DNA of 64,000 nt from a virus (IMGVR_UViG_3300037067_012088:96001-160000); one strand, 5' to 3'. Positions 34,771 to 44,478 are shown, numbered from the stretch's first letter. Made by a program: numbers and translations. The notes: generated by a model from the letters alone, not told the origin.

Positions 34771-35414
34771 AGCTGGACGAGCTGAGGTGGGTTAACGGGG
34801 CAGTATCGTTCATCCATGATAGCAGCGTTCACGTAGAGCACCCCATCGTGAACCTCTTGTTGGCCGCCGTTCAGGTGCAAGTGTCCAAAGAAGTGCCCCT
34901 TGAGCGCGGGCAACGTCTTAATCGTGTCAGCGAGGTTGCGGCAACCCTGACGTTCGCGCGCATCCATTACGCGGTCCAGTCTCCCGTAGGCCGGTCCATG
35001 AGTCACCAACACCTGCGTATCCTTGGGGATCTTGTCCCATTTCACTTGGATAGCGGGACCTCGGTCGGCCATGAAATACCAGTCGAAGAAGGTCGGCGTG
35101 TAGGGGGAAAAGAACCACTTGAGATCGCCCACTTCGATGGACTCCTCTTCGAGGTATTTCGCGCTGGGGGCATACTGTCTCACGAACTCACGCGCCTCCT
35201 TGGGGAAGCGCTGATAAAGCCCGTCGTGGTTCCCGGCGCAGTAGAGCTTCGTGGGATGGGGTTGAGACTCGAACCACTCAAGGAAATCGATCACCTCTTC
35301 GCGCGAGTTGCGCCCTACCGTGTCGCCACAATGGACGAGCACCTCAGCGGGTGGGATTGTGATCTCGCGATGCTTGCCGTGGGTATCGGAGATAACGCAG
35401 ATGGTCAGACTCAC
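34767..35414 (-). CDS. MPPED/239FB-like metallophosphoesterase, copy 2
   Basis: ISDTHG, HCGD, AGNHD, THGP, GHLH. Confidence 0.9.
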   Translation of the reverse strand: MSLTICVISDTHGKHREITIPPAEVLVHCGDTVGRNSREEVIDFLEWFESQPHPTKLYCAGNHDGLYQRFPKEAREFVRQYAPSAKYLEEESIEVGDLKWFFSPYTPTFFDWYFMADRGPAIQVKWDKIPKDTQVLVTHGPAYGRLDRVMDARERQGCRNLADTIKTLPALKGHFFGHLHLNGGQQEVHDGVLYVNAAIMDERYCPVNPPQLVQL

Positions 35415-35629
35415 GTCGCCACCCCCTCATCGCGCCGCTTCATGTGCACCAATCTCTCATCGAGCGCCGTGTTGATGCGCCCTTTGATCTTGGCGATCTT
35501 GGCATCTCGTTCGGGACCGGTGGCGAGCTTTTCGGCGTCAAGAAGAGCCTCGCGGTTCAAATCGAGGATCTGGTCGATCTGCTCAATGGGTGTGGGCGTA
35601 GACTTGGGGAAGGGGAGCGGGACAGTCAT
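35411..35629 (-). CDS. hypothetical protein
   Basis: ORF track. Confidence 0.7.
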   Translation of the reverse strand: MTVPLPFPKSTPTPIEQIDQILDLNREALLDAEKLATGPERDAKIAKIKGRINTALDERLVHMKRRDEGVAT

Positions 35630-35636
35630 GGCGTCA

Positions 35637-36035
35637 TCATTGCCTACTTGTCAAACGCATTTCCCGCGCAAGGAGGATTCTCACGTTCCGCACCCAGTTT
35701 GAGTGCCCCACAGGATCACTAACCACGGGACACCAGCGCGCTGCCATATGCACCACAAACGCATCCGGGTTATCGCCGCCCGGGCGCCCGGCCCGCGTCC
35801 AGCGCCGCCAGTTAAGGTGGATGGACTCCAAGGTTATCATGCGTGCATGATCCTGCCCGCGCGTCTTGATTGACTTGACGCCGTAGGGGTAGTGGGTGTT
35901 GGGGCCGCCTTCTGCGATATAGATGGCCTGACTGAGCGGCTCAGCATAGGGACACCGCATATCCGTCACGTTGGGCACATGAAAGGGTTGAGCGGCAACA
36001 CAGACCACCAGAACGAGGAAGAGGAGGGTCTTCAT
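35637..36035 (-). CDS. secreted lysozyme-fold protein
   Basis: Signal peptide; AIYIAEGG..YGV..AARWCP..DP.G..NWVRNV. Confidence 0.6.
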   Translation of the reverse strand: MKTLLFLVLVVCVAAQPFHVPNVTDMRCPYAEPLSQAIYIAEGGPNTHYPYGVKSIKTRGQDHARMITLESIHLNWRRWTRAGRPGGDNPDAFVVHMAARWCPVVSDPVGHSNWVRNVRILLAREMRLTSRQ

Positions 36036-36153
36036 AGTGTCTTGGGTATCCTCACCGTGAAGCCGGCCGTCATCATGATGCACACCTCAGAGTGAGTCTC
36101 AAAGAGGATGGTGCCCCCAAACGTGAGGTTGCCGAGGTGGTAGACGGTGGGTC

Positions 36154-36537
36154 TCATGGCGAGTGGACGGGACAGGGATGACCCTCATAGCCCGAACGCG
36201 TGCAGGTGCAAGGGTCGCGGGGCCTACGGGGACTGGGCGACTCAAGCTCGTTGATGTGGTGGATCAACTCGGCACACTCCTGTTTCGCCGCGTTGAACAG
36301 GTTGTTCTGCACCTTAACCTCATCTCTGGTGTCGTATCGTCTCAGCACGGGCTCTATCACCGCCGCGACATCAGCTAACTGCCTACGATACGACACTCCC
36401 GCCTTCCTAATCGATTCGGTCGCGTCGGGATTGTGGGGATGAGCCGCCACATGCTTCTCACAGTCTAGTGCGCGCGCGAGAATCCCGGGATTGAGGGTCG
36501 CGGCAAGAGAGAGCGCATCTTCGTGGGCGGTGGTCAT
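36154..36537 (-). CDS. hypothetical protein with C-terminal Zn knuckle
   Basis: CTC..CPVH. Confidence 0.7.
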   Translation of the reverse strand: MTTAHEDALSLAATLNPGILARALDCEKHVAAHPHNPDATESIRKAGVSYRRQLADVAAVIEPVLRRYDTRDEVKVQNNLFNAAKQECAELIHHINELESPSPRRPRDPCTCTRSGYEGHPCPVHSP

Positions 36538-36896
36538 ACGGTAGGAAACGCCAACACCTCGCCCGCTTCGTGGTCGATGGCCATGATGTGGTCGTAGTCG
36601 CCCGAGAAGATGGCCTCAGCAATCTCCTGCTTCTGGCGCTTGAACTGGACCTCGTAATCGTTACCGGGCTCGGGCGGCAAGAGCTGTAGCTCGAAGAACT
36701 CGTTGCGGTCGCGGGCACGAAGGACACTGATGTTCTCGCAGAAGCTGGGGAGCAGCTTGCTCTCGTCTCGGATGCGTCGGAACTCGTCGTATCGGTGGAC
36801 TGAGAGCACGTTGTCGATGTCAATCGCTCGTTTGTCGTCACCCTTGAAGAGATGCTGAGCCAGCTTGGTGGCTAGAGAAGAGGGTTTGTCGCTCAT
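36534..36896 (-). CDS. hypothetical protein; C-terminus shared with 30242-30526
   Basis: QKQEIAEAIFSGDYDHIMAIDHEA. Confidence 0.75.
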   Translation of the reverse strand: MSDKPSSLATKLAQHLFKGDDKRAIDIDNVLSVHRYDEFRRIRDESKLLPSFCENISVLRARDRNEFFELQLLPPEPGNDYEVQFKRQKQEIAEAIFSGDYDHIMAIDHEAGEVLAFPTV

Positions 36897-37244
36897 GGGA
36901 TGGTGATGGGTTCGACCGGGTTGATCACCTGTGCGTCGTAGGCTGCTAAGAAGAGAAGCCACTCACGCTTGATGCACACATAGCGCTCGTAGCACCAGCG
37001 GTCGGAGAAATAGGAGAGGTCGGAAGAGAGCTGTTCAAGCAACGCTTCCCATCGGATGCGCTGGTTGCCCGCGTCCACGAGGTTCTTCTCGGCGTGATTG
37101 AGTCAGTAGCATTCGGCGGATTGGCGTTTCTCGGGGGTCGCGACTGAGACGTCGCTGTCACCCATCGTTGAGTCTAGTGGTCATGGGAGTCATGTCGTTC
37201 AGTGAGAATCAATATCGAGAGGAGTGCAAGCACAATCGTGGGAA

Positions 37245-37484
37245 TCAAGGGAAAGAGAGGGTGTTGGTGACCGCCTGTATGAGACCCACCACGAGTGGGG
37301 GAATGATGATAAGGGCAGCCGATAGGACGGCGAAGACACTCCACCCCGTCGCGCGCGTGAGGAAAGGGGTTTGACTACCCCATAGGCTGCTGAGCATGTT
37401 GAGCCAGAGTGTGGCCCCGCGATAGAAGAGCCAACCGAGCAGGAGGATGAGCAGGCAGGGGACGATGAGGGCGAGAGAGGTCAT
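37245..37484 (-). CDS. two-TM membrane protein
   Basis: Hydrophobic segments. Confidence 0.65.
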   Translation of the reverse strand: MTSLALIVPCLLILLLGWLFYRGATLWLNMLSSLWGSQTPFLTRATGWSVFAVLSAALIIIPPLVVGLIQAVTNTLSFP

Positions 37485-37936
37485 TTGTCGCTTGCTGCGC
37501 GGCGCGCTTTGGGCACGAACTCCCACGCGGCTTCGAGGGGCACGTTTTTGACGCGCCAGAGATCGCGATGGACGGAATCCACGACGGCCCAAACGTGATC
37601 ATGATTCTCCAGCAGGAATCGCCCGCGACGATGATGAGAAGCGAAGTTAACCGGAGTCAGATGAGGGCGCTGAGAATAGCGGTCATCAAGACCCGTGACC
37701 TTGACGCGCTTGAATACACCCCACTTGGTGCTCCCGCGTCGCTTGGTGAGCCAACCACTCAGATCGAATCCATCACAGGTCACGCGACCTGCCTTAGCTA
37801 GCACGTTGTATACGTCGTCATATTCCGCGCCGGTCAAAATCGCAAGAGAACGCACGGCACAGTCCGCAGTTTGCCCGGGCCTACGGGACATATTGCGCCC
37901 GCCGTCGTCCAAAACGAGAGTATAGTAGGGAATCAC
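37481..37936 (-). CDS. papain-like (C39-related) peptidase-fold protein
   Basis: DCAVRSLAILTG..YDDV and HVWAVVD. Confidence 0.6.
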   Translation of the reverse strand: MIPYYTLVLDDGGRNMSRRPGQTADCAVRSLAILTGAEYDDVYNVLAKAGRVTCDGFDLSGWLTKRRGSTKWGVFKRVKVTGLDDRYSQRPHLTPVNFASHHRRGRFLLENHDHVWAVVDSVHRDLWRVKNVPLEAAWEFVPKARRAASDK

Positions 37937-37987
37937 GAGAGAAATAGGTGGGGATTTGGTAGCCGGACTCCCCAACCGGTAGCGAGG

Positions 37988-38074
37988 TTACTGATTGCCC
38001 GAAGCCTTGGCGGCTTTAGGAGCAGTGGACTTCGCGGGTTTGGTTGCCTTTGCGGCGGGTTTGGATTTGGCCAT
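37988..38074 (-). CDS. 28-aa Lys/Ala/Pro histone-H1-like peptide
   Basis: MAKSKPAAKATKPAKSTAPKAAKASGNQ, 7 nt after a CAAG-class promoter. Confidence 0.6.
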   Translation of the reverse strand: MAKSKPAAKATKPAKSTAPKAAKASGNQ

Positions 38075-38149
38075 AGAGAGTAGAATGGAGGACTTGGTGT
38101 CGGAAGGCAAGAGAAATCGTGTGCGAAGCACACCGGGGCGAAAGCCCCA

Positions 38150-39076
38150 CTAGGTCATCTCGCCATATCTCATGCGCGGGACATAGTTGTCCTCAAACGC
38201 GCCTCGGTAATCCTTGGGGTCGAGCCCAAGTTCGCGCAAGAGCCGGCTTATCTCGCGCCACGCCGTGCGCAGGTTGCGGAAAGACTCGAATTGAGGGAGA
38301 GTGAGAGTGAAGGGGACAGTCTCGGCGTTGGTGGCCTTGGCTACGTGGTGGTTGACCCACGCGACAAGGAATCTCACGTTGCGGGCGATGTCCTTGGCTG
38401 AGTCCCCCATGTCAAAGAACCTGTATTCGTAGGTCGGGTAAGCCGGCTTGTAGCGATAGGAGTAGCGGGCCGCGATGGAGCAACTGGTGCGCCCCCACTC
38501 GTAGGCCTTCTTCTTGAGCTTGGCGCGAGAATGGGTCTTCAGATCCATGGCTCCAAAGGTCACCTGTGAATTGGTCCCGGAATCAAACCACTCAGCGAAC
38601 AGCCACCGGATGTAAGGTCGGTTTGCGAAGTCCGTATACAGGTTTCTCTCGAATAGATACAAGCGCGCCAAATAGAGATGGTCGTCGGGAAAGAGATCGG
38701 CGATACCGATGTGGGCGTGACCTCCACCAGAGGGGTGATGAATCCCATTGCGTCGGATGCGCGGCAGCAGCTTAAGCTTCTTCGCCCGGTCGAACACCTG
38801 CTGGATGAGGGCGACGAACATAGGGTCCTCCCACTGGTAATCCCATGTCGGCTTGTCGCAATTGACCACCTCAATGATCCACGCAGGGTCGGGCTCAAGA
38901 CGGAACACGTCCACCTTGACACCAAGGTCGATATCGAACGCTTGAATCCGCTTGCGCAAAGGACGGAGCGCACGAAAGAGGGCGTCGGCGGCGCGTTGGG
39001 CTTCCTTCTTACAGGAGAACTCCTTGGGGCCGCTGGGCCGGTCGGGGATGAAGGTCAGCTCTAGACCTAGACGCAT
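38150..39076 (-). CDS. putative amidoligase (COOH-NH2 ligase)
   Basis: GLELT, IEV, GGGHAHIG, TYEYRFF. Confidence 0.7.
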   Translation of the reverse strand: MRLGLELTFIPDRPSGPKEFSCKKEAQRAADALFRALRPLRKRIQAFDIDLGVKVDVFRLEPDPAWIIEVVNCDKPTWDYQWEDPMFVALIQQVFDRAKKLKLLPRIRRNGIHHPSGGGHAHIGIADLFPDDHLYLARLYLFERNLYTDFANRPYIRWLFAEWFDSGTNSQVTFGAMDLKTHSRAKLKKKAYEWGRTSCSIAARYSYRYKPAYPTYEYRFFDMGDSAKDIARNVRFLVAWVNHHVAKATNAETVPFTLTLPQFESFRNLRTAWREISRLLRELGLDPKDYRGAFEDNYVPRMRYGEMT

Positions 39077-40056
39077 CAGCTTGCCCCATTCACCGCGTTC
39101 ACGTAGGCCAACGCCGCATCAACCTGCTCCGTGGTCAATTGGGCTCCCGAATCCAACATCACGGCCTTAATCGTGCGGTTGCCCTTGGGAGCGACCTTGT
39201 TAGCGACACTTGACTTGCCGTGCTCGGCGAAAAGGGTCTGCGCAGACTCAAGCAATCCGACATCAATCTTGGCGCACCCAAAGCATACCACCTTGGCATC
39301 CTTGGTATAGGACATGGTATAATCCTTGCCATCGCTGCCGCGAACGACGGGCGCGGGCGGGAGGGACGGTTTAGACAACAGATCAATCAGTTCGCCCATC
39401 TGGGTGCGGGCGTCGAGGCGCGTCTTGCCATCGTGTTCGTTCCCGTATAGGAGCTTCTTATCCGCGCTGAGGTAAAGAACCGTATGCTGCCCATACTTGT
39501 CAGTCGCTGCGTCATCTCGGGTTCCTCCACCATCGCTCCACTTCCATCCCGCTGCATGAGCGATTTCCTGCACGGCATGGCTAAGAGGTTGAGAGTCACC
39601 CACCAGAACACTGACTGGGAAGACTATCTGGACGGATTGAGGAGCAGGAGATGAGGTATTCATAGAGGCGGCAATAGGACGGCGATAGTAGGCTTGGGAG
39701 TGTATCGTGTTGTGAGTTGAAGGAGCGTGTTGCCACGAACAGTTAATGGGCGCCCACATCTCCCACCCCTCGCCTACATGGTCGGCAGTGTTGGGGGCGA
39801 CGATTTCCCACCCCGGGATGCTACATTGATGCGGCGGCGGGGCAAACTCGTCATCGACATTGAGGGGGCGGCGGTAGGTGTAACTGACATTATGGCCGCT
39901 TGGGAAGATAGACGCCCTCTTGACATTCGTCCATCGACCGCCACTCCAAAGCTCATCGTGCTCCTGATTGATTCCTTCGTCCTTCCCAATATACCGATAC
40001 CCCAGTGCGGGCGGCGGGAGGGCTTCTGGGTTCCATGGTTCAGGAAACTGCTTCAT
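39076..40056 (-). CDS. mosaic hypothetical protein
   Basis: 326 aa; repeated E.W..W..YRRP unit. Confidence 0.75.
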   Translation of the reverse strand: MKQFPEPWNPEALPPPALGYRYIGKDEGINQEHDELWSGGRWTNVKRASIFPSGHNVSYTYRRPLNVDDEFAPPPHQCSIPGWEIVAPNTADHVGEGWEMWAPINCSWQHAPSTHNTIHSQAYYRRPIAASMNTSSPAPQSVQIVFPVSVLVGDSQPLSHAVQEIAHAAGWKWSDGGGTRDDAATDKYGQHTVLYLSADKKLLYGNEHDGKTRLDARTQMGELIDLLSKPSLPPAPVVRGSDGKDYTMSYTKDAKVVCFGCAKIDVGLLESAQTLFAEHGKSSVANKVAPKGNRTIKAVMLDSGAQLTTEQVDAALAYVNAVNGAS

Positions 40057-40325
40057 GAGCGCGTCCTCCGGTCATCCAGCGTCGCCGCGTCCAAGAAGTA
40101 GCGCGGCACCGAGCTATCGAGCCGCAGGGAATCGCGCTTGGTGAACTCCTCCTTGCGCTTGGTGTCACTCTTGGCATCACCCTTGGCAGCGGCGCGAAAG
40201 GCATCCGTGCCGGGGCGCGGAAGGGGCTTCGGGATGCGGGTGAGCAGGGGATACAGATTCTTAAGGCTCTCGATGAGGTTCTTGAGCCTCTTCTGATAGA
40301 CGCGGGAATGAGTGTTGGTTGACAT
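40053..40325 (-). CDS. basic hypothetical protein
   Basis: CAAG-class promoter 40332-40360. Confidence 0.7.
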   Translation of the reverse strand: MSTNTHSRVYQKRLKNLIESLKNLYPLLTRIPKPLPRPGTDAFRAAAKGDAKSDTKRKEEFTKRDSLRLDSSVPRYFLDAATLDDRRTRS

Positions 40326-40450
40326 GAGAGGAGATTGACTGACTTGGGTTACTAGGTCAAGGAGAATCGCAAGAGATTCGTCACCCCCAATCGCTCTCGC
40401 TCACGCACCAGAGTGTGATAATCGATAGGGTGAGGGTCGCCAGCAACACG

Positions 40451-41005
40451 TTATGCCGTCGCCCGGCTGGCGTAGTCCTCCACCAGATTCAGTTCCTCCC
40501 GGATGTAGCGGCCCATGGAGTAGGCATCGGCGTGGGGTTTAGGGAGCGAGGGGATGAAGCCAACGGGCTTGATGGTGGTCATGAATGCATCGGCGCACTC
40601 AGCAGCTAAGGTCGCGGCGGCAATCTCGTCGGCCTCATACACGAAATCTCCGTTATCCACCTCCTCGCCATCCTCAATCTCCACCTTGGGCACCCATGTC
40701 TTGGTGGTATTGACATTGCAGTCGCGGATGATGTGGACATGGAAGAAGAGAGTAAGGGTCCGCTTGATGGCGGCGGGATCGGTCAAGTAGATGTAGGAGA
40801 CATCGTCCCCGATATCGATTACTTGAGGTGAGGCGGCCCGCTTAGCCGGCTGATAGTAGTTCAAGAACAGGTTCTCCGCGAGGGTCCGATATTCCTTGGG
40901 GCCGCGCCAACCTAGTGCCCACCCTTCGCCGTGGGGCGTAATCATCCATTGGATGGGTTCAGAGAGCAGGGTGGCGAGGCAGCGGGCATTGGGTGTGGTG
41001 ATCAT
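40451..41005 (-). CDS. hypothetical protein
   Basis: 184-aa ORF. Confidence 0.75.
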   Translation of the reverse strand: MITTPNARCLATLLSEPIQWMITPHGEGWALGWRGPKEYRTLAENLFLNYYQPAKRAASPQVIDIGDDVSYIYLTDPAAIKRTLTLFFHVHIIRDCNVNTTKTWVPKVEIEDGEEVDNGDFVYEADEIAAATLAAECADAFMTTIKPVGFIPSLPKPHADAYSMGRYIREELNLVEDYASRATA

Positions 41006-41020
41006 GAGATGGGTTAAGAG

Positions 41021-42067
41021 TTAAACTGAGAGGGCGATCTGAGCAAGAGTGCGAGCATCCTTGGCATCCGCTGTCATCTTGGGCTCGAATACCAGCGGCG
41101 CGAAAGTGGGAATGGCGACTCCATCAACCAGTTCACTGGAGAAGAGGCCATAGAGCATGACGAACTCGCGATTGGTGGTTAGCTCATTATACTCGACCTT
41201 GGCAATCTGGGGTTCGAAATTGGAGGCATAACGCGGGCCCTTCGGCTGCTTGCGCTGGAGCTTGGTAATCCACCCGTTGACCTCAGTTTGATGACCGCTA
41301 CCGCACTTCTTGGCGGCGAAGATGGTGCCGAACCATTCGCGGGCGGCTTCCTTACCGATGTCAGTCTCACCACGCGCGCCGTGCAGGGCAACAACCAGTT
41401 CCTCAAGTACCTTCTGCGCCTGAGCGAAGAACGCCGGGGCTTGGGCGACGAGTAGCTTAGGTAGCTGACGCCACGCTTCGGCTAACCTGACATAGTCATC
41501 GATGGTGCCCAGTATCTTGATGGCCGGAAAACCACACATGAACATGCAGTAGTCGTAGTAGGGAGAGACCGCATCACAGAACGCCGCATAGTGCGCGAAT
41601 CGCGAGTTGAGAGTGGTGGTGGAGAAGGTGGGAAGGTAGCCTTCAATCCCGCCGGGGACGAGACCCTTTAACTGGTCGATAATCAGATCGAGCGGAATCA
41701 CCTCGGGGTCGCCGGTCGGCACGATGATCTTCTGCTTCTCCTTAGAGGTCGAGAACAACTCGCGCACCGCCTCAGGATTGTCGCGGATGATGCTGGCGAC
41801 CTCATTCAGTAGTCCGAACCACAAGATGTCCGGTGACACGACGGGAGTGTAGTGATTGGCCCAGCAGACCTCAAGGTAGGTGAGGTAGTTTGCGTGATAG
41901 AGGGTTCCCGGAAGATGGCCGCGCACCCATGTGTTGGGGTCAATCTTGGCGTCAGCGGCAATGTCTTGGATGGAGCGGACACGGTCGATGCAGCTAGGTT
42001 TGTAACGGTCATCGGGACCGAAGATGCGCGGGGTGAGAGAGGGGTCGAGGATGATGGTGGTTGACAT
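41021..42067 (-). CDS. DUF4419 family protein
   Basis: ANHY..VSPDILW, PTFSTTT, PYYDY..CGFPAIKILGT.DDY, NGWIT. Confidence 0.8.
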   Translation of the reverse strand: MSTTIILDPSLTPRIFGPDDRYKPSCIDRVRSIQDIAADAKIDPNTWVRGHLPGTLYHANYLTYLEVCWANHYTPVVSPDILWFGLLNEVASIIRDNPEAVRELFSTSKEKQKIIVPTGDPEVIPLDLIIDQLKGLVPGGIEGYLPTFSTTTLNSRFAHYAAFCDAVSPYYDYCMFMCGFPAIKILGTIDDYVRLAEAWRQLPKLLVAQAPAFFAQAQKVLEELVVALHGARGETDIGKEAAREWFGTIFAAKKCGSGHQTEVNGWITKLQRKQPKGPRYASNFEPQIAKVEYNELTTNREFVMLYGLFSSELVDGVAIPTFAPLVFEPKMTADAKDARTLAQIALSV

Positions 42068-42075
42068 AAGATAGT

Positions 42076-42387
42076 TCACTTGACATTCCGCGCGACTGGA
42101 GTGGCGCTAGCCACGACGAACCACTCCGCTTCCTTGACCTGTTCATCACCATAGCGAATACGGATCTCCACCGGTTCGGGAGCCGCTTGCACCCGGCGCT
42201 TGGAACGGTCAAACGGAGACGAGATGGACGAGACGGTCAGGTCAACGGTAGCCTTGCGTTTGTGGGCCTTAAGGTAGCGAGCGTAGAGGTCATCGATTGC
42301 GGCGATGGCGGCGCCCATGTTGGAGTAGATGCCGAGAGACGCAAGATGCGTCTTGTGGGCTTCGCCCAGTGAGTTAAGATGGGTCAT
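42076..42387 (-). CDS. hypothetical protein
   Basis: ORF track. Confidence 0.7.
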   Translation of the reverse strand: MTHLNSLGEAHKTHLASLGIYSNMGAAIAAIDDLYARYLKAHKRKATVDLTVSSISSPFDRSKRRVQAAPEPVEIRIRYGDEQVKEAEWFVVASATPVARNVK

Positions 42388-42393
42388 AAAGGG

Positions 42394-42687
42394 TTACCAA
42401 GAAACGGTGGTATAAGGACCAGAGGCCGGATGACCGGGATCGGGGTCCGGGTGGTGTTTGACGATATAATCCTCTTGCTGGAGCGCGGCCCAGAGAGCTT
42501 CTTGCTCGACATGGGTTGGCCAGCACGAAAGGCCGCCTGTGGTATATCCATGCAGTGGATGATTTATCTCGTAACGGCCTTTAGCGGCAGCATCTGCGAT
42601 CTTGTCGTGAACGTGCTTAAGTAGAGGAGCGATGACAGGACCGTGCAGGTTGCGGTAAGTGATGAGGCGGGCTTCGGAGGCTTTCAT
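42394..42687 (-). CDS. hypothetical protein
   Basis: MKASEAR..I..AA.KG..VSW. Confidence 0.75.
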   Translation of the reverse strand: MKASEARLITYRNLHGPVIAPLLKHVHDKIADAAAKGRYEINHPLHGYTTGGLSCWPTHVEQEALWAALQQEDYIVKHHPDPDPGHPASGPYTTVSW

Positions 42688-42691
42688 GGAA

Positions 42692-43021
42692 TCAGTAGTC
42701 GTAGTTGCCTTCCTTGGCGGCGCAGAACTCGCCCGCCTCACACTCGGTGACGACAAAGGAGAGTTGAAGATGACCCCACTGGTCAACGCTGGCCACAAAG
42801 CCTCCGGAACTGGAGTAGACGATCCCATTCGTCAGACGCTCAAGGTGGTCGCGCGCGACCTCCTTCATCTCGCGGATGGAGGGAATGGTAAGAGAGCCGG
42901 CCCACGTCCAGTTCATCTGATGCATGGCCTTGGCGACACGGGCGAAATCGAAGGACTTCATGATGTGGTCGATTTGCTCGGCGCGCGAAACGGTGGTGGG
43001 AGTGAAGATGGGCGAATTCAT
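42692..43021 (-). CDS. hypothetical phage protein
   Basis: IM..FDF.RV..AM..MNWTW..P..SSGGF. Confidence 0.8.
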   Translation of the reverse strand: MNSPIFTPTTVSRAEQIDHIMKSFDFARVAKAMHQMNWTWAGSLTIPSIREMKEVARDHLERLTNGIVYSSSGGFVASVDQWGHLQLSFVVTECEAGEFCAAKEGNYDY

Positions 43022-43030
43022 AGAACGGGA

Positions 43031-43630
43031 TTAGGTTGACTTGACTAGCTGATTCCATGCATCCAATACGTAGGGGCGGAGATTGTCAAGCGGGTTCTCA
43101 AGAAAGGTAGGCAACGTGACCACGAGATCGGCCTGTGCCTTGACACGGAAGGTATTCAAACGCTCTTCCTCATTCGCCGGCTCAAGGATTGACCCATCAG
43201 TCAAGACTCTCTCGACATAGACGACCTTGCCGCCGAGTGACTTGATCCAGTCTGCTTCGTCAGCTTCATGGGTCGCGTATCGGCAGTCAGTGATAATCTG
43301 ATGGACCCCCGCTGCAAGACCCGCGCGAACGGAGGCATCGATTTGATTAACCCAATAGGTGCCGTTGGACTCAGTGCGGCGCAACCGACCATGCGCGACA
43401 AGGTCATCACGGAAGACGGCCTTCTCAGCGCTGACCTGACTCCATACCGACAGGCCATATTTGGCTCGAATGATAGGCTCTAGTTCGCGCTTCAATTGGT
43501 CTGCGAAAGCCCAACGCGCAACTGGTTGACCTAAGAGGGTGAGATGCTCAATGAGCAGGGTAGCGAAGGAGTCTTTGCCAGATCTGGCAACACCACTGAG
43601 GCCGAGGACGAGAGGTTTGAAGGAAGACAT
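43031..43630 (-). CDS. deoxynucleoside monophosphate kinase
   Basis: GLSGVARSGKD, AFADQLK, IITDCRY..E. Confidence 0.85.
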   Translation of the reverse strand: MSSFKPLVLGLSGVARSGKDSFATLLIEHLTLLGQPVARWAFADQLKRELEPIIRAKYGLSVWSQVSAEKAVFRDDLVAHGRLRRTESNGTYWVNQIDASVRAGLAAGVHQIITDCRYATHEADEADWIKSLGGKVVYVERVLTDGSILEPANEEERLNTFRVKAQADLVVTLPTFLENPLDNLRPYVLDAWNQLVKST

Positions 43631-43636
43631 AAGGGG

Positions 43637-44155
43637 TTACTTGAGGGCTTTATGACGCTTCATGAACTCCTCGCGGGCGCGCTCAGGAGACCACGGTTCA
43701 ATCTTGATGCCACTGGGAGGAAATGGCAAGTCCCGCCAATCATTGCGACTAGAGAGCGAAATCATCTCGTCAGCCAAGGCAGTCAAATCGGCTTGCTTTA
43801 CGGCAGCAGGCCAAGGGTAGCGTAATCCGAATCGGCGCGCGACCAACTTCTCTAACCGGACCTCGACATCGCGATAGGTGGGCAGATAAGCCTTGAGATT
43901 CGTAACCACGTCACCGATAAGGCTTTCCACGTCGTCATGATGGAGCGCCTCGGCCTTGCAGTCATCCGGCGCGAGATCGTGAACGTGGCAAGCATGTTGG
44001 GCGACCGAAAGAGGTGCGTTGGTGTGACCAAGGAAGCGATTGATATGAGAGAGTGACCAGACAATGTTGTCAAGTCGGATCATCTTGATAGTCGGACGAC
44101 GGAAATAAAACTTGGTGCCGTCGTGAAGGCGGATATAACGGTGGGTGAGACTCAT
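43637..44155 (-). CDS. YfbR-like HD 5'-deoxynucleotidase
   Basis: LSHINRFLGHT, SVAQH, LHHD..E..IGD, VKQAD. Confidence 0.85.
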   Translation of the reverse strand: MSLTHRYIRLHDGTKFYFRRPTIKMIRLDNIVWSLSHINRFLGHTNAPLSVAQHACHVHDLAPDDCKAEALHHDDVESLIGDVVTNLKAYLPTYRDVEVRLEKLVARRFGLRYPWPAAVKQADLTALADEMISLSSRNDWRDLPFPPSGIKIEPWSPERAREEFMKRHKALK

Positions 44156-44478
44156 GTCAACCGACTCCTCACTCTAGCCAACGCCGCACGAATCTCAACC
44201 AGCACATGGTTGGCGCGCTTACTCGTGACACTGGCATCTGGTGCGCCATCCTCGTATCCCTCCAACATCTCGTATGAAGAGGTCAGCGCGGGCTCAACAC
44301 TCGCCGCCAGCTTAGTCATCTCCTCCTCATGCACAATCTCAATCAGCTTGGCTGCATACAGGCAACTGGCCTCCCCGTTCTGCACGCGGTGAAGGAGGTC
44401 AAGCAACCCTCCCGCCACCGAGAGGTCAAGCTTCTGGTCGCGGGGGCCGGCATACTCACTGCGAGGTGGTAGGCTCAC
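44152..44478 (-). CDS. hypothetical protein
   Basis: Overlap coupling. Confidence 0.65.
   Translation of the reverse strand: MSLPPRSEYAGPRDQKLDLSVAGGLLDLLHRVQNGEASCLYAAKLIEIVHEEEMTKLAASVEPALTSSYEMLEGYEDGAPDASVTSKRANHVLVEIRAALARVRSRLT

Noticed and set aside
43031-44155. Z-genome (DatZ/PurZ) pathway
   Set aside because: The HD protein looks like a generic YfbR-like enzyme, and there is no PurZ or MazZ in the window.
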